A stretch of DNA of 54,137 bases from a virus. Its lineage: Duplodnaviria; Caudoviricetes. The notes under the pieces were generated by a model. It ran no database searches. It was not told the DNA's origin and worked only from the letters and a program-made list of their open reading frames with translations. The DNA lies in IMG/VR virus record IMGVR_UViG_3300027963_000098, positions 1-54,137 of that record; one strand, given 5' to 3'. Shown piece after piece: positions 19,156 through 28,227 of the stretch; position 1 is the stretch's first letter, and each line of letters starts with the position of its first letter. The translations under genes and the position numbers were made by a program.

Positions 19156-20958
19156 TTAGCATTCTCCGTAGCTATGTGCGTATCCGGCTTCACAGTTAAG
19201 GGGTAGTCCTTCCGCCCACTCAGGTGTCCACCGCATACATTTCTCTACGTACTTTTTTGCTTCTTCCGCTTCGTCTTCTGTAGCGACACACGCCACAGCG
19301 TCATGAACGGTAAGTACGACTTTGTACTTCTTGTTTATTTTCACCATCTGCTCGGCAATCACACAACGTGCTAGTGCTTGGCATAGGTTCTCTACTACCT
19401 TACCACCGTAGACCTTAGTTCGTCCATTGCGAGATTTGTATGTATACCCCTCTACCTCACTGCGCAGGTCGAAGTACTTGATGTGAAAGTCGTTAGGCAA
19501 CCGAAACCCGCGTGCGTCCATGCTCAGTGCTTGTGGTTGAACACCGACAGGGGCAACAGCCCCTTGAATCATTGCATCAAGGCAACGGCCCGCCTGTCTC
19601 CATAACTCTGGGATTTTTGGGTATGTTTGGCGATACACCGTTATGATGCGCTGACACTCTTCAAGGGGGGTGTCCACCCCAAAGTTCTTCAGTTGAATCT
19701 TAAACTTTTCAGCACCCATGCCGTATCCAGCGCCAAGAATCGTAGTCTTGCCTACAAATCTTTCCTGCTTGGTAATTTCTTCTATTGGTTTGTTGTATAT
19801 GGCGGACGCCATTATCTTGTACACGTCTTCGCCGTTCTTAAACGCTTCGACTAAGTCAACCTGACCCGCCAGCCAAGCCAGCATCCGTGCTTCAATCTGA
19901 GAAGAGTCCGAGTCAATGATGACGTATCCATCCGGCGCGATGATTGCGTTCTTGAGGGTGTTCGTCCCACGTGAGGGGAGATTCTGCAGGTTGAGTTTGT
20001 CGTCCCCACCCCACCGACCTGTGTGTGCTGCGTAGTACCGCAGGGGGACAGGAAGTTTGCCGCGCTTGGCGATGCTGATGAACCGCTGCGTGCGGGTCTC
20101 TTCAAGTGTGGATTTAGTGCCTAACCGAGCTGCCGCTAATGTTTGTACAGTTTCGTCTTCGTGCTCAAGTAAAGCCTTGAAGCCTTCGTCGGTCTTGGCA
20201 AATGCCCACGTTTCCTTGCCGGTGGTGTTACTAATTTTACGAGGGGGGTCTACACCAATGGACTTCAATAACTCCGCAAATTTATCATTTGACATGAGCG
20301 TTTCGCGGTCTGCTTCTGCAGCCTCCAATAGTTTCGACTTTCTATCCCGCACCGCTTCGAGATGCTGCTCCAACAGTTCAACATCCAATTCCAACACTGG
20401 CTCCGAGAACATCTTGGTCGTGATACTGATAACTTGAAGTTCTTGTTCGGAGACCTGTGATAGATAGATGTTAAGGAGTTTGAATGTCAGCTCGGTATCA
20501 TTCTTACAATACTCACCGTATTGCTTTAAGTCTTCTACCAGAAAGTCTTTGCGGTGCTTACCGAGCGCATCCAGAACTTCCGTGCCTTTGATGCCAAGTC
20601 CATGTCGCTCAGCCAATTTCTTAAGACTATTACCCTGTTCCAATCCATCCACTGCTCTAGCAATAGCAAGAGTATCAACCCACATGTAAGGGCGAATGCC
20701 CAACCGCCAAGTGAGGATAGCAGCATCAAAAGGAGCATTATGGGCCACAGCAATAGATTCAGCCCAATCAAAAGCAGCAAGAAAGTTTTTTGTTTCTTGT
20801 AGGTTACCTGAGAACCACTCGGCTTCTTCATCATTTACTTTAACTCCTACTCCGATTATTTCAAATTGGTCTGACCGTACGTATTCTTCGGTCGTTACTT
20901 TTGATAACGAAAACTCGCGTGAGTAATACGTTTCAAAGTCTATGGTTATGAACTGCAT
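19156..20958 (-). CDS. polA: DNA polymerase family A with 3'-5' exonuclease
   Basis: Exo DFET and HNAPFD; HTGRW; motif A DSSQIEAR; motif B RFVGKTTILGAGYG; motif C VHD. Confidence 0.92.
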   Translation of the reverse strand: MQFITIDFETYYSREFSLSKVTTEEYVRSDQFEIIGVGVKVNDEEAEWFSGNLQETKNFLAAFDWAESIAVAHNAPFDAAILTWRLGIRPYMWVDTLAIARAVDGLEQGNSLKKLAERHGLGIKGTEVLDALGKHRKDFLVEDLKQYGEYCKNDTELTFKLLNIYLSQVSEQELQVISITTKMFSEPVLELDVELLEQHLEAVRDRKSKLLEAAEADRETLMSNDKFAELLKSIGVDPPRKISNTTGKETWAFAKTDEGFKALLEHEDETVQTLAAARLGTKSTLEETRTQRFISIAKRGKLPVPLRYYAAHTGRWGGDDKLNLQNLPSRGTNTLKNAIIAPDGYVIIDSDSSQIEARMLAWLAGQVDLVEAFKNGEDVYKIMASAIYNKPIEEITKQERFVGKTTILGAGYGMGAEKFKIQLKNFGVDTPLEECQRIITVYRQTYPKIPELWRQAGRCLDAMIQGAVAPVGVQPQALSMDARGFRLPNDFHIKYFDLRSEVEGYTYKSRNGRTKVYGGKVVENLCQALARCVIAEQMVKINKKYKVVLTVHDAVACVATEDEAEEAKKYVEKCMRWTPEWAEGLPLNCEAGYAHSYGEC

Positions 20959-21233
20959 TAGTAATCCCCACTCAGCAGTAAACTCAAGATTCGTTCTCGA
21001 GTGTATCTGAGGTCCAACCTACGGCACTTGCGCCCGATAGCCCAGCGTTCACAAAACGTATACGCACCGAAAGAAGCCAGCCCTAACCAAGCGGATTCCT
21101 TGCGGTCCCACATACCCTCTCTGTGCTTGGAGAACAGTTCTGGATGTGTGTCTATTCTGTTCAACAGAATCTTTACTTCGTCTGCCGATAGGACGTACAG
21201 AATGTTGTCAAGTAGATTCGACATTTTTGGCAA
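20958..21233 (-). CDS. Hypothetical protein
   Basis: 91-aa ORF coupled to the polA start. Confidence 0.5.
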   Translation of the reverse strand: MPKMSNLLDNILYVLSADEVKILLNRIDTHPELFSKHREGMWDRKESAWLGLASFGAYTFCERWAIGRKCRRLDLRYTRERILSLLLSGDY

Positions 21234-21465
21234 TCTCCGCTTCTATGTTGGTGATAAGTTTGTCGAGGTACCAACGACTCTTACGCAGGTCGTTAACGCC
21301 ACCTTTCTTCTTCCACCGCCACAGATACTTAATAGAGTTGCCAACGCATACCGCTTCTAGACCTTCAAGCCCGTGAGTCGCCGCTGCGATTGCGTCGATA
21401 CATTCAATTTTGAAAGGGCTTTGGTAATGCTCGGGGTGGTCTACGGTATCAGTAGGTGTGCTCAT
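21208..21465 (-). CDS. DUF3310/SaV-like protein
   Basis: VDHPEHY..IECIDAI..GNSIKYLWRWKKKGGVNDLRKSRWYL signature. Confidence 0.85.
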   Translation of the reverse strand: MSTPTDTVDHPEHYQSPFKIECIDAIAAATHGLEGLEAVCVGNSIKYLWRWKKKGGVNDLRKSRWYLDKLITNIEAEIAKNVEST

Positions 21466-21784
21466 CTTGGTATTCTCCGTTCCAAAATAAATCGTCTTCC
21501 AGTTCGCGTTGCCACTTCATGTCTTCAAGCATGTGGCGTGCTCTGGTTTTCTTTTCTTTTATTTTCTGTGCTGTTTCTTTGCGTACATACGGGGTCTTTA
21601 CTTTCGGTTCTTCTTGCTTAGGCTCCTCAATAGGTTTGACAGTATACCGTGTCAGTTCGGACTCTAGGACTTCCAGTGTGTTAAACCGGTTACCACAAGT
21701 TAGGCACACTCTACGCCTTCTTTGTTTGTCCTCAATCAAACGGGTGTCAACTACTTTGGTGTCACTTCCACATGCACACTTCAT
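21449..21784 (-). CDS. NrdR-like zinc-ribbon protein
   Basis: MKCACGSDTKVVDTR..RRRRVCLTCGNRFNTLE resembles the NrdR N-terminus; no ATP cone; likely ATG at 21784. Confidence 0.7.
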   Translation of the reverse strand: MKCACGSDTKVVDTRLIEDKQRRRRVCLTCGNRFNTLEVLESELTRYTVKPIEEPKQEEPKVKTPYVRKETAQKIKEKKTRARHMLEDMKWQRELEDDLFWNGEYQDEHTY

Positions 21785-22110
21785 ATAGGTTCGTTTCTTT
21801 CTTCCCAATGATGAATCCGATGACAGTTAGCACAGAGAATAAGGCACTTCTCAATCTCCCTGTACGCAGCAGTGTAGTTATCATCTTGTACTAGTTTGTG
21901 TACTTTTCTTTTCTCGGGGTCATGTCGGTTTATGTGGTGGAAATCAATAATTGCTGGATGCGATGCACCGCATCTGGTGCAAGAAAGAGAAGCCTTATAG
22001 GCGTGCCATTCATCTCGTTTCTTTAACTTGTATTCTTTTACTTTCGCTTTAACCGTTTCTTTATTTTTTGCGTAGTGCTTTCTACTGGCGGAGCGTTTAG
22101 CCTCGGTCAT
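21781..22110 (-). CDS. HNH-like zinc-binding protein
   Basis: CTRCG..IDFHH..KCLILCANCHRIHH. Confidence 0.75.
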   Translation of the reverse strand: MTEAKRSASRKHYAKNKETVKAKVKEYKLKKRDEWHAYKASLSCTRCGASHPAIIDFHHINRHDPEKRKVHKLVQDDNYTAAYREIEKCLILCANCHRIHHWEERNEPI

Positions 22111-23627
22111 GACTTTTTTACTTGCACAGGAAAGCAGTAGTAATCGCCGGGGTGGACATTTTCATACCAAATTTTTAATTCTTGGCACTGCTCTAATGTT
22201 TCTAGCGTTTCTACATACATCCAGTGCCCACTGCTAAATAACAATAGATTAAACCAGATGTACATGATGGCTCCTATTTTTTCACTAGAACTTCTAATGC
22301 TTGGATAGTGGCCTCTAGCTTTGCAATGTAGCGGTCTTTTTCTTTTATCTGTTCCTCGTACTTCTCAAAGAAACGGCTGCGCTGCTCGTGTTCACGGTTC
22401 ATCAACCGAATAAGTTCTTGGCTGATGTCAAACTGCTTCTGCATAAAATCACTCATGATAGCCATCCCCATAGTGCGTAAAGAATACCAGCTAAAGGTAG
22501 GGCTAATCCTACAGCCATACCAAGTAAACCAAACCCAAGCCAGACATCAAAAACTACTTCTTTCACTTTCATGCGTCCTCCGGCTGTCCCATTTCTAGAA
22601 TCTGCATTTTAGCCAACTCAAGCGCCCAAAGAATATCTGGACCTCTGGTAATAGTGGAGTGCAGTGATAGTTCGCCATACTCATCGAAACAAATAATTAT
22701 TACATCTTCCGCCGTTTGTGCCTCGGCAAGGGCGTATTCAACTTTGCTCATTTCGATGCTTCTCCACAAACTGTTCCATACGCCAAATAAGTTCTTCCTT
22801 CATCCAGTCACATGCAGCGTCCCAGATGTCGTTAGGGTTGTGTGTCTTGCCACTATTCTCAAACCACCACTGCTCAAATGCCTTCCGGCGGCTCTCGTTC
22901 ATGGTCTTCCTCCATTAGTTTAATGGCGTCGTTCAGTATTGCGTTGAACCCACGCTCCATCAAATACTGACGGCCTTCCTCATCAACATCAAGACTCACA
23001 ATCAAGCCACTGTCGGTTTCAAGACAACTAATAACATCAAACTTCATCTTCCCCTCCTTCGATGAGGTCCTTCAAACCCTTCGCCTTTTCTTCACCAGCA
23101 AAGTACTCAAATATAACCCACAGTGCCTGTTTAAGTTTTTCGTTCCATTCAACATCGTCTGGGTGCAAAGAAGTAAAGTCACTGTAAGTGTACAAAATAT
23201 GGTCTTCTAAAGTTTTAACCATAATCAAATCAAACGCATCATCATCTATTTCAACAGTTACTTTCATCTTCATTCTCCTTAGTTGGTTCTTTCCATCTGG
23301 CACGTTCTGCAGCGGCGACCAGATTAGCAAAGCGTTCAAGTGCTTCTATGTAAATGCCATCACGGGCTTCTGACGTTGCTAAATGGCACTCAACAGCCAT
23401 GCGGATGATGTCATCGCGGTTCATTCTTCAACTCCGAAATGCTCAAACAACTTTTGTTTAATATCAACAAAATCCCCGCATCCATTATTGATAGAAACTT
23501 CAACGCATTCCTTCACAATCAACTCGGCGAACTTTGCAGGATTACAACCAGCAGGTGTAATAAACCCAGTCTTGTCAGTATAATAAAATCCAGCCTGTTC
23601 AGAAAGTTCTTTAATTCGTTCGTTCAT
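22107..23627 (-). other. Cluster of about 9 small coupled hypothetical ORFs
   Basis: Overlapping ORFs, several read by hand: 22107-22265, 22274-22456, 22453-22572 (one TM helix), 22569-22751, 22738-22902, 22874-23047, 23037-23273, 23251-23424 (MNRDDIIRMA), 23421-23627 (MNERIKEL). Confidence 0.6.
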
Positions 23628-23639
23628 AGTTCAACTCCT

Positions 23640-23728
23640 TGGTGCCAGAGGCCGGAATCGAACCGGCACAACCTGTTATGGTCGGCAGATTTTAAGTCTG
23701 CTGTGTCTACCGATTTCACCACTCTGGC
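23640..23728 (-). tRNA. trnL: tRNA-Leu (anticodon UAA)
   Basis: GCCAGAG/CTCTGGC acceptor stem with encoded ACCA; anticodon arm GCAGA-CTTAAAA-TCTGC; long variable arm; GGTTCGATTCC T-arm. Confidence 0.95.
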
Positions 23729-23735
23729 CCACTAT

Positions 23736-24014
23736 TTATTTGCGGTTTAGCAACCCCTTTGAAACCTCGTAGAGTAGCTCATCCATATTAATTTCCTTAC
23801 CCTTAGAGACCCCCGCAATAAAGGCTTCGTTCTCTTCTGCCTCCAGCAGTCCCCACAATTCTTCAATGATGTCAGCGGAGTGTTCACACATCCCGCTTTG
23901 TTGCTCACGTAACAACTGGCAAAAATCCTTAAGATATTCAGCCATCTCCTCGGCGGGGATTCCATTGTCCGGACCTTCAACCGCATACTTTTCCCACTTG
24001 CTCATATCAATCAT
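23736..24014 (-). CDS. Hypothetical protein
   Basis: GAGGAG RBS before MIDMSKWE. Confidence 0.55.
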   Translation of the reverse strand: MIDMSKWEKYAVEGPDNGIPAEEMAEYLKDFCQLLREQQSGMCEHSADIIEELWGLLEAEENEAFIAGVSKGKEINMDELLYEVSKGLLNRK

Positions 24015-24015
24015 C

Positions 24016-24324
24016 TCAGTTCTCCTCTTTAACAAAAGCACCACCACTTATCACCTTGCCCTTGCGGTCCTTGATTTCGTTGTACGCATGGGCCAAGCAT
24101 TTAGTTACATCTAAGTTCCACATCTGGCAATAAATAATCAGACATACAATAACATCCCCTACACCATCTATCCTACCTTCGTGGTTGGCTTTTAACTCTG
24201 CACTTGCCAACTCACCAAGTTCTTCGACGGCTTTTAGCAACTGTGCCTGTGGTGTAGAGTACGCAGTGATATCTCGGGCGAACGCCCATTCGCGCACTCG
24301 CTGTTCTAGTTCCTCAAAGTTCAT
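24016..24324 (-). CDS. mazG: MazG-like NTP pyrophosphohydrolase
   Basis: QLLKAVEELGELA..DGVGDVIV..AYNEIKDRKGK; start MNFEE after GAGG. Confidence 0.85.
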   Translation of the reverse strand: MNFEELEQRVREWAFARDITAYSTPQAQLLKAVEELGELASAELKANHEGRIDGVGDVIVCLIIYCQMWNLDVTKCLAHAYNEIKDRKGKVISGGAFVKEEN

Positions 24325-25302
24325 CGCGCCATCCTCGACTTTTCGCTCATCCAGTATCGCGGCCAAAGAAATACTTCCTTTTTAATGGCCCCGAGCACCT
24401 CTAACTCAATCTCACGCTTTTCCACACCGCCCGGCGCAACAAACACACCCTTCGCGGTGTAGTGCGGAAGCCAAGGCAGTCCTTTCAAATAGTACATGTA
24501 CGACCTGTCAGTTTCTGCGGTGGCGTTTGAGCCAAGTTTGTTTTTCATCTAATTCTCCAGTTTGTAATTTTTCTATTTGCGGAACTTAGGCAGGTTCCAT
24601 CTTCTTCATACAAAGTGCCTGTAACCACATCAGCATATACATGCCTTCGGCCTTCCTCGGTTGGTACGAGTATCTTGAAAACCCTAATCAATGAGTACCC
24701 CATACCATGCGTATATACACGTACGGTTTTCGGTCGTATCAGGAGTTTAGTTCTGGGCAGGTTCCAAAACCTATAGACTTCTATATCAAGAAGGCAGGGA
24801 GCCTCTGGACTTAATTTCCAGAGTCGCTCCCTTTTAGTCTTTTGCGTCCGCACACCAGATTTTTGTGTTGAATCGTTCTGCTTCGTATTGGTCATGCCAT
24901 TCTCTCCAAATAAACCCCTTGTGCAGTGGTTTTTCTGTTGATATGCACAAGTAGTGGAAGTCAATCTTCCAGACTGAGGGGTTTTCAAGATTTAGTCGTT
25001 TGAACCGACTATTCTCGATTTCTTGTTTTTCTACGCCCAAAGTTTTTGCAACGATTTCTACGGGACTATTCATCTAATTTGAGGCTATCGTGAAGTGTAT
25101 GACCAGTTCCCTACGCTGCAACGTCAAGATGGTGGTTTGCCCAAGCACGAACCATACGAGCGTTAACAATCAACTCATTAACCATCTCACCAACATCTCG
25201 GTAGTTTCTAGTATTGCATGCGTCATGAATGTCTCGTTCGAGTTTCTCAATCTTCAGCAGGGGCATCGCATAGTCGAAGATGTCGTTTTGGTTTTGGCTC
25301 AT
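24321..25302 (-). other. Four small hypothetical ORFs
   Basis: Adjacent ORFs 24321-24548, 24545-24988 (start uncertain), 24834-25073, 25111-25302. Confidence 0.5.
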
Positions 25303-25609
25303 GTTTTGGTCCTTTGTTTCCTGTTAAGTGTATAAGTATTTGCTTCAACTCATCCAAGTTAGATTCTCGGATTACGAGGGAATAACCTCCTACCTCCTGT
25401 ATCTTCCGGAGTTCGCGTCGTTGTAGTTCTGTTGTTTTGTTGTCTCCCGCCTTACATTCAATACCGATAAACTTACCATTGCAGCAAGCAACTATATCGG
25501 GAATACCCGCCCTACCATACGTCCCCATCGCAGGGAAGAAATGATAAGCGCCATAGGATTCTAGTAATAAGACGACTTGTTTTTTAACCTTAGATTCGGG
25601 GGTAGCCAA
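25247..25609 (-). CDS. VRR-NUC family nuclease / resolvase
   Basis: TPESKVK..GIPDIVAC..FIGIECKAG..TELQ; likely TTG start at 25609 after GAGG. Confidence 0.8.
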   Translation of the reverse strand: MATPESKVKKQVVLLLESYGAYHFFPAMGTYGRAGIPDIVACCNGKFIGIECKAGDNKTTELQRRELRKIQEVGGYSLVIRESNLDELKQILIHLTGNKGPKHEPKPKRHLRLCDAPAED

Positions 25610-25638
25610 ACTAACCTCGGTGTCGTCACTACAGAACA

Positions 25639-25667
25639 ATCTTACACTGGGTCTGCCCTCGGTGCTA
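25639..25667 (-). promoter_or_regulatory. Possible promoter of the middle/replication operon
   Basis: TAGCAC-17 nt-TAAGAT with an upstream A-tract, just downstream of two terminators and two palindromes. Confidence 0.4.
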
Positions 25668-25684
25668 TTGTTTTTTCTTATAGG

Positions 25685-25802
25685 GGACATCATGACGCCG
25701 TGTCAGTTTGTCCCAATAAAAAAGCCACCCGAAGGTGGCTGGCCGGACATCATGACGCCATGTCAGATTGTCCCAAATAAAAGGGCCACCCGAAGGTGGC
25801 CC
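25685..25802. repeat. Tandem ~60-bp duplication of palindrome plus terminator hairpin
   Basis: Two copies of GGACATCATGACGCC(G/A)TGTCAG(T/A)TTGTCCC, A-tract, GCCACCCGAAGGTGGC. Confidence 0.9.
25715..25802 (-). terminator. Two intrinsic terminators ending the early operon
   Basis: GCCACC-TTCG-GGTGGC stems, each followed by a T-run on the minus strand. Confidence 0.8.
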
Positions 25803-25920
25803 AGTACTACTAAAGGAGGCTACACAGTTGTTACATCTTGTAGGCTAAAGCAGATTCCACGTCCTACTCGTGGTTGGGAGGGTGCCGGTTCTACCGGCGC
25901 AGGGATAACTTACATCTGCT
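25803..25920 (-). ncRNA. Putative structured RNA (three-way junction plus anti-SD tail)
   Basis: Stems AGCAGAT/ATCTGCT, GCCGGT/ACCGGC, CCACG/CGTGG in a non-coding gap before a terminator. Confidence 0.4.
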
Positions 25921-25946
25921 AGGTTCATTATCCGTGCTCATATATT

Positions 25947-26132
25947 CTAGAATGCGGCTTCACCGAAAGCGTACAAATCAGCCGCTGGTTCAGTTGGAGC
26001 CTTTTGTTTTTTATCCACCTGCAAAATCAAATCTTTCCTGCACCCCATAAAGTGTGTAGCCTCAGTTTTAGTGGCGAACTTGCGGAGTGCGCCGTCTTCG
26101 TCGCAGACCCTATACCGTAATTGCGTCTTCAT
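25947..26132 (-). CDS. Hypothetical protein
   Basis: MKTQLRYRVCDEDGALRKF; overlaps the upstream gene end. Confidence 0.5.
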   Translation of the reverse strand: MKTQLRYRVCDEDGALRKFATKTEATHFMGCRKDLILQVDKKQKAPTEPAADLYAFGEAAF

Positions 26133-27078
26133 ACTTGGGGGTCGCAAGGGCGTTCTCGTGAAGTACGTAGAAGGTTTGGGGTTCATCATCGTCTGATATC
26201 CGCACCCCGATATTGAAGATTGGTTCCCGCGATGCCGCGACTTTCAAAACAGCCACACGGTCTTGAATGTGTTTCGGCAATGAGTCAAAAGTGCGATACC
26301 GAGTAAGGAAGTCCGGCTCTGCGTCCGTCACTTTGTTGCCTTTGATTTTGTTTTGGTATTCATGGTACTTGGCAAGGTCAACTACGTGCAAGGAGTCGTC
26401 CTTTAGACTTGCGACAGCATAGCCCGTAGCAAAAGATGCGCTTCGAGTGTTGGACGCTACTGCTCTGTCAATCTGCTTTGCTGCCATGTAGATATCGTAG
26501 CATGACCTGACTTGCTTTTTATCTTCCATTCTGAAATCTGATGGAAGCGTGAGGGGCGCACCAAAAAGAGCGTGTTCAACAAATCCCATTTGGGCTATCT
26601 CGGTATTGTAAGAAACCTTGTACGACAATTCATGCCGTGCGTTGTACGCGATAGAACTGATAGGCGCGGTAACGGTATTCATAATTCCGATAGCAATCTG
26701 GTATGGGTCTTTACCACTAAGTAACTTCAACGCATTCCGCACCGCAGCGGCGGGGTCGGCGGTAATCAGTACGTTACGCTTACCCCTGCTTTTTTCTACT
26801 TTGTGAGATTGAATACCGAACGCTTCTGGCTTGACGCCATCCTTGTTCTCCTTGCCTTCGTAAACGCCGAAACTAATCTCGCCAATCTGCTCAGCATCGT
26901 CGTATACCATGACTGCGTTGACTAACTTCTCTTGACTTACATCATCGCTGTATTTAGCAGTGGTGTATGTGTTTGAGACTTCATACTCAAACGTCGGGCG
27001 CTTCTTCGATAGTTTATCGAGAACGAACTTGAGGGGTGGGACAATGCCTTTGGCACTACCGAGAATAATCTTAGCCAT
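26110..27078 (-). CDS. Hypothetical early protein
   Basis: ~322-aa ORF with GGAG RBS before MAKII. Confidence 0.7.
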   Translation of the reverse strand: MAKIILGSAKGIVPPLKFVLDKLSKKRPTFEYEVSNTYTTAKYSDDVSQEKLVNAVMVYDDAEQIGEISFGVYEGKENKDGVKPEAFGIQSHKVEKSRGKRNVLITADPAAAVRNALKLLSGKDPYQIAIGIMNTVTAPISSIAYNARHELSYKVSYNTEIAQMGFVEHALFGAPLTLPSDFRMEDKKQVRSCYDIYMAAKQIDRAVASNTRSASFATGYAVASLKDDSLHVVDLAKYHEYQNKIKGNKVTDAEPDFLTRYRTFDSLPKHIQDRVAVLKVAASREPIFNIGVRISDDDEPQTFYVLHENALATPKYEDAITV

Positions 27079-27096
27079 GAAAGTTATCTCCACTAA

Positions 27097-27978
27097 TTAA
27101 AAGTTAAACTTCGACAGGATGTCGTCCACTTCGGACTTGACTTTGCTGCGTACTTCTTCGGACTCTTTCAAGTCTTCGGTGTCTACGCTATTCACGACTG
27201 CGTTGAACCGACGACGAGCCTCTTCGAGTTTGGGGTCTTGTGTCAGGTTGAGGTGCTTGAGAACATCGCACAGGTCGCGGGCGTTAGTAATCATTGAATC
27301 ATGAATGCGACGCTTCTTAACCTTCTCCCCGTTTGCCGGTTCAGTAACCTCTTCCAACTTGGTACTCATGTGGACGAGACTATCGCGTAGTCTGCCATAG
27401 ATTTCCTCCACGCCAGTTTGGATTCGGCTTTCCAACGCCGCCTCGTATTGCTTCTGCAATTCCTCCATCGCCTCGTTGCCCACATCTACACGGAAGTCAC
27501 CCGCCGCAGGGACGGGCAGAAAGGAATAACGGAAACTGAAACTATGGATAATCTCATGCTTGGGCGGGTAGTCCGATGCCACAAACATATCAACAAGCAC
27601 GTTCTCGGCTTCCTTCACCAAGTCTTCGTAGCGGTCTTTGAACTCTTCAACCATGTCACTACGCCGCATCTCGTAGTGTGAAAGAGTCTGCTTGTAGTTG
27701 AAGAAGTTTGATGCCGCAAGCAAGCGTGGGCCACGGTCTGACCACGGCAGGGTTTGGGATTGATGCCACAAACGGATACTTGCATCGAACTTGTTGATGT
27801 CAGCCAGAAGACTTGTACCAGCAAACAGGTTCTTAGTAACCTTGGCTACCTTTGCCGTGGCATTCTTGATTACATTAACTTCGTCCGACATATTGCGGTC
27901 GGTGATGTTGGCGGTCCACGACTTGATGTTGAGGTCCACGAGCATTGCGCTCGATGCGATGCTGATGCTGTTTTGCAT
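27097..27978 (-). CDS. DUF3150-like protein
   Basis: SSAMLVDLNIKSW..KNLF..TLPWSDRGPRLL..DYP..LNLTQDPKL; start reassigned to MQNSIS after AAGGAGA. Confidence 0.65.
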   Translation of the reverse strand: MQNSISIASSAMLVDLNIKSWTANITDRNMSDEVNVIKNATAKVAKVTKNLFAGTSLLADINKFDASIRLWHQSQTLPWSDRGPRLLAASNFFNYKQTLSHYEMRRSDMVEEFKDRYEDLVKEAENVLVDMFVASDYPPKHEIIHSFSFRYSFLPVPAAGDFRVDVGNEAMEELQKQYEAALESRIQTGVEEIYGRLRDSLVHMSTKLEEVTEPANGEKVKKRRIHDSMITNARDLCDVLKHLNLTQDPKLEEARRRFNAVVNSVDTEDLKESEEVRSKVKSEVDDILSKFNF

Positions 27979-27998
27979 TTTATTCTCCTTGGTTATCG

Positions 27999-28027
27999 GG
28001 ACAACCTGACACCATGTCAGATTGTCC
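27999..28027. promoter_or_regulatory. 29-bp palindrome, copy 3
   Basis: GGACA-ACC-TGAC-ACCAT-GTCA-GAT-TGTCC. Confidence 0.85.
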
Positions 28028-28042
28028 ATTTGCCGGGTGGAA

Positions 28043-28225
28043 TTACTTCTCATCCTTCTTGGCATGCTGATGTACGAGCAGTACTACTATCTGCGCGTAG
28101 GACAATTTCAGTCCGGTTGATGCCTCCATTTCATCCCCAATCGTATCGAGCATATCAACCACCTCGACAGGCAGAGAGATAGTGAGCCGATTGTTCTTTG
28201 CTACGCGTTCGCGCTTGAGTGCCAT
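28043..28225 (-). CDS. Ribbon-helix-helix-like DNA-binding protein
   Basis: RLTISLPVEVVDMLD..LSYAQIV beta-alpha-alpha pattern. Confidence 0.55.
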   Translation of the reverse strand: MALKRERVAKNNRLTISLPVEVVDMLDTIGDEMEASTGLKLSYAQIVVLLVHQHAKKDEK

Positions 28226-28227
28226 GC

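Noticed and set aside
18202-22110. HNH genes as intron- or intein-borne homing elements
   Set aside because: They are short free-standing ORFs, and the neighbouring polA, helicase and terL look uninterrupted.
23640-23728. tRNA as an attP/att site or prophage boundary
   Set aside because: It is an intact tRNA inside a co-oriented phage operon, with no duplicated 3' end, integrase or host genes nearby.
27999-28027. Similarity of the palindrome core to matS or CRP/FNR boxes
   Set aside because: matS has a 3-nt spacer between TGAC and GTCA, and CRP/FNR half-sites differ. The outer GGACA arms are unexplained by these.
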